NCBI GenBank assembly: GCA_029717555.1
Contig: JAMDHS010000012.1
Span: forward strand, 248,001 to 312,000
DNA from: Peribolospora baueri
Taxonomy: Eukaryota
Direction of reading: 5' to 3'
DNA length: 64,000 nt
In this document: in pieces, positions 1 to 11,737 of the stretch
How the letters are laid out: each line of letters starts with the position of its first letter
Numbering within the stretch: the first letter of the stretch is position 1
Translations under genes and position numbers: made by a program
Notes under the pieces: model-generated
Database searches by the model: none
What the model was told of the DNA's origin: nothing
The model's input: the letters and a program-made list of their open reading frames with translations, nothing else

Positions 1-569
1 ATGCTGACGAGGGCAGGGTTCTGGGCGAGAATGGAGCTCATGCCTGCGAGAAGCAGACCGCCGGGGAAGGGCAAGTCAGTACACCTGGCTTCCTTCAAAG
101 GGACCGAGAGCGCAGCCCGGAAGACGCTCACCCTCATTGCCCGCACCCGCCTCTTCGCCCTCCTCAATCGTGCCAACGGTAGGCCTCGAAAGCGCTTCCC
201 GAGTAATGGGAGCGTTGGAGAGAGGGGTGTTTTGCGGCGTAGGTGCCGTAAGAGAGTCGAGGTTCTTGTTCCTGGACGGGCAAGGAAGCACAAAGGCGAA
301 AGAAGGCGCCGGTCCAAGTGGCAATGAGATGGGATGGCGACGAAAAACACGGTCAGGATGGGCATGAAGAGCGAGTAAAGGAAGAGAACGTCAAACGCGG
401 TTGTGAGGGAGGCATTCCCGAGTAGAGCAGGAAAAAAAGAAGAAAAAAACGCGGTCGGGCTCTGACAGACACTAGGCGCGGTCGATGTGTCTCGTTCGCT
501 TGTGTGCTAGAACGTCAGAGAGAAGAGAAGAGGGCAAAGGACTCACTTGATATCGATGTTCTCGGACAT
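1..569 (-). CDS. NAP1: Nucleosome assembly protein 1 (5' part; gene continues beyond the left edge)
   Basis: Exons 569-547, 271-132 and 43-<1 with GTGAG../CAG introns join in frame to MSENIDIKNKNLDSLTAPTPQNTPLSNAPITREALSRPTVGTIEEGEEAGAGNEGMSSILAQNPALVSM. TAPTPQNTP and AQNPxLVSM are typical of the fungal Nap1 N-terminus. Confidence 0.85.
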
Positions 570-1470
570 GATGGACGGAGGGGATGAAGGTAAGGCGAGT
601 GGAGGGGATGGAGGGATGTGGCGACGGCCGAGGAGGTCGAGGAGGGATGGGAGGAATGGAAGGGGGCGACCGCCGGCGAAGAGGTTGCCGCAGAATTTTG
701 GTGGGGCGGCGTCCCAGACGAGGCACGGCTCAGGCGCGAGTGAGGCGGGCACGTGACATTTACAAAGCTTCTATTCTTTCGTTACACGTCTGGTGACCCG
801 GAAACAAGGGAGGTCGCAGGCGAACCGTATGTAGGGAGGGAAGGAGGGACGTTGGGTACCGGCGAGAAGGACAATGACTCTGGACAGACTGCGCCTTGCC
901 GTCATTGGGGACAACAGGGTGGCCCGAAGGATCCAACAAAGAAAGGTTCAATCGATTCCGGCCGGCTTGTAATAAGATTCTATATACCGTTCACTCCGTC
1001 GAGTGAGACACCCGTCCCTTTCCGCGTCAAGCCAGCCGACAAGGGCGCTTGTGGCTCCGTACAGTAGCGAACAAGTTCGTTTCGTCCTCCAGTCGCCTCA
1101 CAAGGACCTTCGATCCGCATACACAGACGGACGCCGCTCCCTCCGATGGTGGTCAATGTCTGAGGTAGGGCAATCAGCCCAGTGGCGATGGAGAGAGGGG
1201 GTTGCTGCGGCGATTGGTCGGCGCATGTAACGCGTCGCGGCGGAACACGCGCTGTCGAAGAAGGCGACTGACAGTCACCGACTGGACGCACTCGAGCCAT
1301 CCCCAGATTTCTATCACCTCTTTCGTTTTCCCCCCTTCCGTCTTCAACGCTCCCAGCAGGCGGCAAGGAGAGACCAAGAAGGCCCCCGACCTGCTCGCGG
1401 AGGAAGGAGATTGAACCGACCGATCGACCGCCCCTCTGACTCGGCCGTGTTGTCCTGACTCGTGTTGGAG

Positions 1471-2686
1471 ATGGTCGTGAGTACGAGCGAGCGAGTGTGA
1501 ATGGAGGGACAGGGGGTGGGGCAGGCGGGCAGACGATGGTGTTTATGGATCTGACGGAGACGTCGCGGTTTGGCTCACCGATGGTCCTCGGTCTCGGCCG
1601 CCTCTTCTCTCGTCCACTCGTGCTGCCTTTCTTTTCCCTGCTTCCGTCCCATTTCCGCAGCGCTCCCGCTCGCACTCTTATGATGCGTATTCGACCGCTC
1701 AGACACAAGCCTCGGTGCGCTCCTCGTACGGCGATTATTCGGGCAACGGTGCGGCGATACAAAGGCGACCGGATGTGAAGCGCAAGCTTGTGGTGGTCGG
1801 GGACGGAGGGTGCGGAAAAACTTGTCTGCTGATCGTGTATAGCGAGAATCGATTTCCTGAGGTGAGTTTGTCAGCGCCCGGCGAGCAAACCGGGAGGGCG
1901 TGAGCCGTTTGGGAATCGGCCGAGGAGCGTCGCATGACGTTGTTGGTGACTTGCCTCTCTTGTCACGAGGAAACTCGTCTGGCGGCAACGCACAGGGACG
2001 TACACGGTGCTGACGTGCTCTTGGGACTTTTCGGTCGGCAGGCCTACATTCCAACTGTATTCGAAAACTATGTGACGAACATCAACTACGAGGGCAAGCT
2101 GGTGGAGCTGGCGTTGTGGGACACGGCCGGACAGGAGGAGTACGATCGACTGCGACCATTGAGCTACCCGGAGAGCGACGTGCTGCTCATCTGCTTTGCC
2201 ATAGACTTTCCCGTGAGCTTGGCTAATGTCACGGACAAGGTGAGTGGGTCCTCGGAAAGCGACAGGCAGGTTAAGCCTTTGGCCGTCGAGCGAGAATGGC
2301 GAAGGGGGATGGAGTGGCAGCTCCGACGGATCCCTTGTCGCTTTTGTTCTGGCTCTGGTCCCAACGCGCACCTGCCTTGCTTGCCTCCACAGTGGTTTCC
2401 CGAAGTGTCCCATTTCTGCGAAGGAGTCCCGATCCTCCTTGTCGGCCTCAAGACGGATCTCCGCACAGATCCTCACTCACTCTCCATGCTCTCCGCTCAA
2501 GGCTCCCGACCGGTGAGCTACGAGCAGGGCGTATCGGTGGCCAAGGAGATCGGGGCGGCGCGGTACGTCGAGTGTTCGGCCAAGCTCAACGACGGGGTGC
2601 AAGAAGTGTTTCATGCGGCGCTCAAGGAGAGCATGAGGAGCAAGGTGCTTGGGAAGATACGCAAAAAGGCTTGTGTCGTCTTGTGA
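1471..2686 (+). CDS. RHO4: Rho-family small GTPase, Rho4 type
   Basis: Exons 1471-1476 (ATGGTC, start inferred), 1703-1861, 2042-2239 and 2393-2686. Motifs: [56 protein letters not shown] and C-terminal Caa[13 protein letters not shown] is characteristic of Rho4. Confidence 0.9.
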
Positions 2687-5600
2687 GGCCGTCAGGGGCG
2701 TCGTGTCGTGCATCGTCGAGTGTAGGGACGGACGGTGACGGTGTATTCGTGGGCGCGTTGCTCGATTTTTTTTTCTATCCTTCCACACCCCCTCGTCGCT
2801 CGTTTTACCTTTTTCTTTGTTTTTTCGTCGTCCTTCCTTCCCAGCGTCGCTGCGCTCTAATCTTTTCCGTTTCACTTCCATTTTGCCGACGTTCTCTTCT
2901 GCTTTCGTCCCGCTCCGTTTCACCAACGTCATCGGCGCTTTGGGTTACCCTTCGCACCCCCTCCATGGGAGTGTTCGCACCAACCACTCTCCTTCCTCTC
3001 CGTCTCATACATCATCCCCTCTTTCTTTTTCTGTCTTTGCGCCTCATTCATCTCCTCTCGCTCACGCTTGCTTCCCTCCTGTTTGGGACATGTCGCGCTG
3101 TACACCAGAACCCTCTGGACCTCATCATCATCATCAATATCATCATCGTCACATCATCATCATGATCATCGTGGAGCACCTTTCCCTACATATGCCGACC
3201 GAAGACTATCCTCGATGTGACCCGTTCGGCCACGTCAAGTCAAGGCCGAGCGCGCTACGCCAGACGTGTCCCTGTGGACGTGGTGGGAGGACGAAGGGGG
3301 TAGATAGTCTTGCCACAGGGCGGGCTCAAGCCAGCGCCCGTGCTAGCCGGCACGCTCCCATTTTGGAAGCGAGCCGTAGTGCGCTATCTACGCTCGCTCG
3401 CCCGCCCCCGCGTTCGACGCCTTCGGCCCATCCCCGTCCCGTCCCCGTCCATCCGATCCGCTCCTCTTTTTCCAACGGCACGCCTCTGGTCGCCAGGCAG
3501 CGCTCGGGGTGCGCACTCCACGCCCTCCTCCTTCGGCTGGCGACCGAAGGTTGTGGGAATGTGGCCGGAACGAAATGTACGGACGGACGGACGGACGGAC
3601 GGGGGAGGAGGGAAGGCCGTATTTGAGTTTGTGGAAGGAGCCTCTGCGCGAGTCGTGGGTGCGTATTCGGAGTAGGGCCGTGGCACCGAGCGCGAGCGCG
3701 AGAAGGGGAGACGAGTCGTTTGGGTTGGGCTGAAGCTAAGCCGGGGTATGGGATGGGATGGGCGCGCGGTTCGCAAAGAGGGCCCAACTTCGGCATGGGT
3801 CGCCCGAGTCGCTTCTCTTCCGTTCCAGTCGCTCGGCCATTCGTTCCTCTCTATCTTCACTGGAAACCCACGGCGGCCTTATGCGAGCCCTTCTCTGAGC
3901 TAGATGACCGGCCCGTCGCTCGTCGCCCACTGCCTCCCTCCTTCCCTTCCGTCCTTCCTCGACAGGGCCGAATGCTTCTCTGTCGCAGGGGCCGCAGCGA
4001 CGGGCCGGGCGAACGGGGCCGAGAAGGGAAGGGTCCGCGGTCTGCGGTGCGCAGCGCCGAGTGCGGATCGATGGAGGGTTAGCTAGGGTAAGGTTCGGCG
4101 GAAAGACGGGGGTCGGCGCGGCCGGGCTTGCGGCTAGGGTTTGGAGCAAACAAAGAAAAGACGGGGCACGGGCGTGACTAGCGGTGGGTTAGTGGCGCGA
4201 ATCAGCACCGTCGACGCAAGGGGGTGTATTGTATGTGTGCTGTGCTGTTCTGTGCACCGCGCTCGCTGCCGGGTCATTTTTCCCCCAAGTGGGTCGGCCC
4301 CTTGCTTTTTGATCATCCCGCGGAAGGACGTTGTTCTGGACCTTGTCTGTGCGCGGCCGTGAGCTGGACGAGAGACAGACAGACAGACAGACAGAAAGAC
4401 AGGCAGGACTAATGTGTAGCGCTGTGTGTGGCCTCTGTGCTGCGACGGGGCCGGTCGGACAAGCCAGCCCTCGTCGAGCATCGAGCGTCCGTACTGTTCC
4501 GGCCTGGCTGGCGGCCATGACGGTTCCCAGCTTACAGCTGTCCCAGGGCGGGGATATGGAAACGTGTCAGGCAGTCGGTCGGTCAGCCCGTCTGTCCGTC
4601 AGCAAATCACCAAGTCAGCAGCAAGTCAGCAAGTCAGTCGTCAGTACGTAATCCGCGCCCGTCATCCGACGACCCGCGTCGCTTAGGATGACCCCGGGGA
4701 AGGCAGAGAGAGCGCTGTGCTCGGTGGACTGACTAGAGAGACAAAAATCGACCCAGCTGGTCCCTTGATCGTCCCAAGAAGGCCAACGGCCAACCCCCTT
4801 CCGTTCCCCGGCACGCGTTTCTTCGATCGGGTCGGACGATTTTTCCGGGGCTCGTCGGCTTGACCTTCCCACATCGTCCACGCGCCCGCCGCTGACACCA
4901 GGAAGGCTGCAGGATGCAGGCGCCATGACTAAGCTTCGCACTGGTTAGTCGACGGCGGCACTTTAAGCTACAGCACAGCGGGCTGCAGTGAAGTGAGCTG
5001 CTTACATGGATGGTCCAATCGAAGGCCCCGACCGTCTTTCGGCTCGCCTTTCCCCTTTGTTTACCCCAATCGCCTCCCTCCCCGCCATCAGTTTTCCGTC
5101 CGTCAGTTCTCCGTCCGTCCGCCCGTCCGCCCGTCCCATTTGGTCCCGGGGACGGCCTCGCAGTGAGGCGATTCACGTGCGCACAAGGTGGCTCGCGTTG
5201 CACGCGTTGCACGCTCTACCTGTGCCCTGTGCCGTGGGAGCATCTCACGCCTCTGAGCTTGCGTCTAGAATGCCTTACGACACGACACGGTCACGGCGAG
5301 CGGTCGGTCGGTCGGTCGGTCGGTGGGGCGGCATAACGCGATCGAGGGCGCGGTTGAGTTTGTTGCTTCGCTTGCCTCGCTCACTCACTCGCTTGCTTGC
5401 CAACTATGTCTACCGTTGCGGTACGTTGGAGCCGTACGTACGTGGCACGGAAGTACCTACGTATGTGCATTGACATGTCGTCCCCCCTCCCCCCGCCGTG
5501 CGTTCAGTACTGTCTCCCCTTTCGTTCTCTGCGTGGACGTACGGACGGATGTACGGACGGATGGAACAGCGTGGAAAGGGAGGGCAGCACGGTGAACGAG

Positions 5601-6057
5601 TAGACGGGGACGGCGCTCCTACCGATTGGGCAGGACGCCCGGGTTTGTTACATCCGCCGACAGAGTGCGGTGGGGGTAGACGGATCGAGCAAGCGAGCAA
5701 GCGACGATGGTTTGCGTTGGGTTCGGTTGGCGAAGAACAGGGACGGACGGACGGCAGTTAGTCGGATCGTTATCGAAGGCCAATAAGGGCGACTATCTAT
5801 GACTTTTAGTCATTCACAGTGGTGGTGCCTTGGACGCCGGGCGACGGGCGACGGGCGACGGACGAACGGCGATCGTCATCTAATCGCCACCATCTACGGT
5901 GCGAACGTCTGATGAAGCGAAACGAACGACGCGACGCACGTCAAAGTCGAAATGAACTGCCCTCGCCTCGTTCGCCGGCCGATCTCGCGCGTGGCATGCC
6001 CCGGTAACCTTGGCGCCCGTTCGCCGACTTGGGGTCGTCTGTTCAATCAGAAATCGG

Positions 6058-6340
6058 CTATCTATTCTCGCGCGATCGGTGACAGAGCTCGATGCCGGAA
6101 GGAGAAGCATTGGTGACGTTGTGGGCCTGCGCTTGAAGTATCCGGATGCCGTCATTGACCTGACCCGTAATGTCGACGTTCTGGTTTGCGCCGGCTGAAG
6201 GGTGCAGGCGGTGAAGGGCAAGCGTCAGAGGTACGGTGCTTGGCGCGCGCGGAGCGACTCGAAAGCGTCACCGAAGGCGGAGGTGTGATCCTCACTCTGC
6301 GATCCGACGGCGTAGGAGTCGTGCGCGCCGACAAAGGTAA
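6058..6340 (-). pseudogene. Truncated fragment of a PI-PLC-like (PLC-like phosphodiesterase) gene
   Basis: Exon pieces 6340-6296 and 6194-6058 flank a 101-nt intron (GTGAGG...CTGAC...CTTCAG). They translate to (V)TFVGAHDSYAVGSQTGANQNVDITGQVNDGIRILQAQAHNVTNASPSGIELCH-RSRENR*, matching the N-terminal GAHDSY / NQ..D...Q.NDGIR.LQ.QAH / LCH block of fungal PLC-like phosphodiesterases. I found no upstream signal-peptide exon and no downstream continuation. Confidence 0.7.
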
Positions 6341-8128
6341 CTGAACAGAGAGTCGCGCCGTTGTTCGCATTGCTTGTTTCCTCCTTCCCCCTCCGTCCCT
6401 TCGTCCGCCGCCAAAGAGATCCATCAATCACGGTCCCTCGTTTGCTTGTGCTTGTGCTTGCTCGCCTACTCGCCTGTTCTTCCGCTCGCCTCGCTCGCCT
6501 CCCTGCAGCGCTGCGAACTAACGTGCGTCCTTTCGACGTTCATACACACACACGCGCGCGCATACACACACACATACATACATGACTCGTATGTTCCATT
6601 CGCCCGTCGTACATACATCGCTAATAAGTTAGCCGCCACCGCGGACCGCGGTATGGTACGGTTGGTTTCGTCGAGCCTAACTAACCAAAGCAGCAGCCCC
6701 TCCCTCGTTCGTCCGTCCGTCCGTCCGTCATGCCCACCGCGACTGCCGTCGTCTGTGCGTGAAGAGCACGGACGGACCACGGGCACAGGCGCGGCCGGCC
6801 GCGCGCATCGAGCCAGAGCCACACGGTCCCATATCACATGTCCGCCCGCCCGTTGCCGTTTTTCTATTTTATTTCACTCCGAATTTCCCATTTCCATGAA
6901 CCCCGATGACCAAAAAAAATAAATAAAAAAAGGCGCACGGGCGGTCCGATCCGGTCGGGCTCCCTCGTCCCCCTCCTTCTCCTCATTTAGAATTTAGACT
7001 TCTTGCTTTCCTCCCCGGTGGCGCGTTTGGGAGAGGAGGGTTTTGTGACGATCCATCGATTGAAGCTTCGATGGCCCGGAGGCCGCTGCGCTTTTTTTTT
7101 TTTTTTTGCCGAATTCGGCAAACTACAGTATGAGGGACGTAAGTAAGCCAGTGTGGTCTGTCGGTGCGGGTCTCTCTGTGTAGTCTGCACGCTGCTGTCT
7201 GGTCTTGGTCTGGTCTGGTCTGCCTGCCGTCTGTCTGGGCTCGCGCTCGCGCGATGCAGTGTGATCAGGGCGCGGAGGCAATCCGGGGCGGAGGGCGAAA
7301 GGACGGACGGATGCGATAGAGGGGAAGGTGAAGGTGAATGAAGCGCAAGGTGGCGGAAGGGAAGGAAGGGCTTTGGTTGGTTGGTTTGGTTGGGTCACCC
7401 CGTTTGTCCCGGTCAGCTGCTTCTTTTCTTCCTTCCGTCCTCCCCCTCTGTCCTTTTCGTCTCGTGCTCCCTTCCGCTCGTGCTCGCGCTCGCAATCCAA
7501 GACATGGCCCGCCCCGCCTTGGCCTTGGCCTCACCTCGTTTCGCCTCGCTTTGCCCCGCCTGCCCCGCCTCGCGCTTCCCTGCGCTTCTTTCCTTTCCTT
7601 TCCCTGTCCTGTCTTGTCCTCCGTTCAGTCGTTCGTACCTTGGCGGTCGAGCGGAACGGCAATGACAGACATACGATACGGAGAGATGCGCCGACCGGGC
7701 TTCACGATCCGATCCGAAGGGCTTGGTTGGCTTGGTTGGCTTGGGACAAGGGTGGGATTTTATTTTGTGTTGACCGGCGAGTGCCCCGTGAAAGGAAGAG
7801 GGCAGCGGCAAGCGAGGGTAGAAGCAAGCGACAAGCGCCGGGCGGCAAGCGGCAAGCAAAGCACGCGAAAGAGCATGAGCAAGCGCGGCAGGACACAACG
7901 GAAGACAGAGAGAGGGCGGCGAGAAGGGAGTCGTGTGAGATAGGTTCAGGTGCTCGCTTCGCTTTGCTTTGGTTTGGATTGGTTTGCGATTGCTGTGCTT
8001 TGCTTTGCTGTGCTGTGCATTTGCTTCGCTGACTGAAATGAAAGCGCAAGGCCGGGTCGGAAGGGTGGTGGATGAGCAGTGAGCGCGCTCGAGCCTGGTC
8101 AGAAGATGGACTGATTGACTGACTGCGT

Positions 8129-8250
8129 AGGCAGACAGACGAGACGGACAGACAGACAGACAGAAAACAGTAGACAGTAGACAGTAGACAGACAGACGGA
8201 CAGACGGACAGTAGTAAGGCAGACCAGACGACAGTCAGTCAGACAGATAG
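8129..8250. repeat. Compound microsatellite (CAGA)n / (AGTAGAC)n upstream of the ornithine aminotransferase gene
   Basis: Directly visible gacagacagacagaca and cagtagacagtagacagtagacagac. Confidence 0.8.
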
Positions 8251-8810
8251 ACAATCAGTTCGTCAGCAGGTCAGCTTTCAGCCGCCGCTGGTCGTCGTTG
8301 CTCACTCGCCATGCCATTCCTTCCATCCTCGCCGCTCTCCGCTTGCCACCATCTCCCTCTCTCTCTGTCTCCGTCCCCGTCCCGTCCCGTCCCTCGTCCC
8401 CGCCCCCTATCCCTCTCTCTCCATCCCCATCCCCGCCACGCTCGACCGCCCCCCTTCTGCAGCCTATATCGAGACCAGTCGCCCCGACCTCCGTACCTAC
8501 AGCGACCTATTTAACACTGCACTATCACCACACCCACCTCAGTCCACGCCACTCCTCTTCCGTCCATCCATCCTCCTTCCCGACTTCCGTCCTTCGAGTC
8601 TCCCTCGCATCTTCGCTTCGCGTCCTCGCCTCCTCCAAAACAAAGAAAGACAGACCAGAGCCGCCCGGCACCGTCGTCCTATTTATTCGCGCACCCCAAC
8701 GCCTTCACCCATCTCGTCTTCATCCTCCTCAGGACACTTGTTCCTATCGCTTAAACTCCACCCCAGCTCCTCCTCGTCCTCGCTAGCAAGCCCAACCCCA
8801 AGCCGTCATC

Positions 8811-10847
8811 ATGGCCCCCACCGCTCTCGTCAACGAAGGCACCGCCCTCCCCACCGCTTTCACCGACGGTGCCGCCACCGCCAAGTCCACCGTCGCCGCC
8901 AACGGCAACGACATTCAGCTCTCTAGCAAGGATGTCATGCACCTCGAGCACGAGTACGGCGCACACAAGTGAGCGATCGAGCCAGCGAGGGAGCGTCTTT
9001 GAACCCTCGTCCCTCGTCCCACTGACCGACCTCGCACCGCCTTCCTTTCCCTTCCTCTCCCCTCTGATTCGCCTTGCGTCAGCTACCACCCTCTTCCTGT
9101 CGTCTTCGAAAAGGCCTCCGGCGCCCACGTCTGGGACCCCGAAGGCAAGATGTACATCGATATGCTCTCGGCGTACTCGTCAGTCCACCCTCTCTCGCTC
9201 CTCCCCTTCGCTTTTTGTTTGTCTTGGCCGTCGCTGATTTTGTCTTTTTTTTGCTTCTTTTTACTCTCGCTTCGCCCGTTTTCCACATCTCAGGGCTGTC
9301 AACCAAGTGAGTGGAGCGCACATAGCTGCCTTCCCCGGTCTTTTAATTTTAATTTTAATTTTTTTTTTTCGAACGACAGGGCCATTGCCACCCGCGCATC
9401 GTCGCCGCGCTCGTGGATCAAGCCTCCAAGCTTACCCTTTCCTCCCGCGCCTTTTACAACAGCGTCTTCGGCCAATTCGCCCGGAAGATCACGTCGCTTT
9501 TCGGCTACGACATGGTGCTGCCCATGAACACGGGTGCCGAGGCCGTCGAGTCGGCCCTCAAACTCGCTCGCAAGTGGGGCTATAAAGTCAAGGGAATTCC
9601 CGATGGCAAGGCCCGCGTGCTTGCCGTCGAGAACAATTTCCACGGCCGCACCATCGGCATCGTCAGCATGAGCTCCGACCCCGAGGCCACCACCGGCTTT
9701 GGCCCTTTCCTCGACCGCGTCGGCCCCGTGGTCGACGGCGATGGCGAAACTCTTCACATCAGGTACAACAACCTCGACGACCTCGAGCGCGTGCTGGACA
9801 AGTACGGACACGAGGTGGCTGCCTTCCTCGTCGAGCCCATTCAAGGCGAGGCTGGCATCGTCGTACCTAGCGATGGTTACCTCGCCAAGGCTCATGATCT
9901 TTGCAAGAAGCACAATGTACTCCTCATCTGCGACGAGATCCAGACCGGTCTCGGCAGGACCGGCAAGCTGTGAGTCGTTGAAGAGCCTGCGACGGTGGGG
10001 CGTTCTACATTTTTCCCACCCATCCTTACCGTCTATTCTCCTTTCCACTCCGCGTTCTCTTTCGCCGATCTCCGCAGGCTTTGCTGCTACCACGACAACG
10101 TCAAGCCCGATATGGTCCTGCTCGGCAAGGCGCTGTCCGGCGGCCTTCTCCCCGTCTCTGCCGTCCTCGCAGATAAGGACGTAATGTTGTGCATTCAGCC
10201 TGGCGAGCACGGCAGCACGTACGGAGGGTGAGTGGTCTTAGTCGCTTCCTTCACCCGGCCGCTCCGCCCCCAATTTCGAGTCTGACTCTGGGCCTCATCA
10301 CCGGCCGTGTCCTCAGCAACCCTCTTGGCTCGGCCGTTGCCATCACGGCATTGGACGTGCTCGTGGAAGAGGACCTTTCGGCTCGGGCCGATCGTCTGGG
10401 GCAGAAGCTGCGTTCTAAGCTCGTCGACGTCCAGAGACGCGCGCCGATGCTGAAGGAGGTGCGTGGAAGGGGCCTTCTCATCGCCATCGTCATCGATGAG
10501 AGCAAGTCGATCAAGAAGCGCAGCGCCTGGCAGGTGTGCCTGCTCCTGAAGAGCAAGGGCCTGCTCGCCAAGCCAACGCACCGCAACATGTGAGTGCCGA
10601 TGCTCCCGCGTCCTTGGCTCACGCCCGCGCGCGTACGTGTTTGCTTCCTTTTCTGACCTGTTCTCTCTCATTCTTCGATCTACTTCCCCTCAGCATCCGC
10701 CTCGCCCCGCCGCTGGTCATCTCCGAGGAGGACCTCGACAAGGCCGCGGGCATCATCGAAGAATCGCTCTTGGAGATCGATACCCTCGAATCCGTCCCAG
10801 GCGACAGCGCCGAAGAGCACAACCACGTCGAGGTGCTCGAGGACTGA
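8811..10847 (+). CDS. CAR2: Ornithine aminotransferase (class III PLP-dependent aminotransferase)
   Basis: Exons 8811-8968, 9083-9178, 9294-9306 (13 nt), 9380-9969, 10078-10227, 10317-10589 and 10694-10847. Motifs: [70 protein letters not shown] (PLP lysine), HGSTYGGNPL, IRLAPPL. Confidence 0.97.
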
Positions 10848-11699
10848 GCTCGGCTCTTTTCCTGCAGTCCTTCGTGTGTACATGTCTGTACAGCATATAT
10901 TGGCGAGGCGAGTGGGACGGAGTTGAAAGGACTCGGCGCTCTCGCCTGCATAGCTTGACCCGTCGTCGTCGTCGTCCTCTTCTGCCCAGCTAGCCCTCCC
11001 ACCGATCCTGTCTCGTCTCCACTCTTTCTTGACTCGATGCCAAAACGCATATGTAGCCACCAATTTCTTCCATTCTTGTCATTGGTTCGTTATCTTGGCA
11101 CTCCAGCCTCGTCGGTTCGCCCTCTCCCCATACCACTTTCCTTGTGTTATACGACTCAACTCGATTGCTGCGGAGAGGGACGCGCAACGCTCTCTCGCTC
11201 CCAGCCGCTCCCCACTCTTTCCCGTCGGCTCTTACTTCCTTGGCGCCCTCTCCCTCGGTTCTGTCTCGCCTCTCCTCTCTCTGTCCACCCGCTCTCTTTT
11301 CGTTTCTCCCAGACCAGAATATAGGGTAGAAATGGAAGCCCGTCCAGGCGCCCGTTACGAGGGACGAAGTGTTTGGATTTTGCGGAGCGAGTCAGCGGAA
11401 AGGCGGAGGGATCGCGTGTGCGGCGACTTAAGTTACCTGGCGTTGCGTCTTCCACTCGTGTGTGCAAGTGCGCCGCCGCCCTGCCCTGCCCGAGCTACTT
11501 TACGTATAGCGCAGGGCGGATGTGAGTGCGTCTATCGTTCGTTCGTTCGATGCCATCCATCATCACCCGCTCGACTCTGCTCCCCACGCGCTACCCGTGA
11601 TGGCACTTGCTTGCTTAATCGCTTCCGCTTCGGCGACCGCGACCGCGCGACTCGGAAAGGAGGGAAACGCTGGCCATGTTATATGTGTATGTCGGTGGA

Positions 11700-11737
11700 G
11701 TCGACGTGGGTCGACCGTGGGTCGACCGTGGGTCGAC
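11700..11737. repeat. Short tandem repeat of about 11 bp (GGGTCGACCGT), four GTCGAC cores
   Basis: gtcgacgtgggtcgaccgtgggtcgaccgtgggtcgac seen directly. Confidence 0.75.

Noticed and set aside
8311..8514. Upstream ORF before CAR2 as an arginine-responsive attenuator peptide
   Set aside because: It is a translation of a pyrimidine tract with no resemblance to the arginine attenuator peptide, which belongs to CPA1/arg-2.
980..8786. Many long ORFs in the track (e.g. 980-1762, 2296-3165, 2817-3626, 7328-8032, 8298-8786)
   Set aside because: Translations are R/P/S/G-rich low-complexity products of GC-rich SSR DNA or antisense shadows, with no recognisable motifs.
11700..11737. Palindromic direct repeats as a CRISPR-like array
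   Set aside because: Units of about 11 bp with no unique spacers and no cas genes, in a eukaryotic context.
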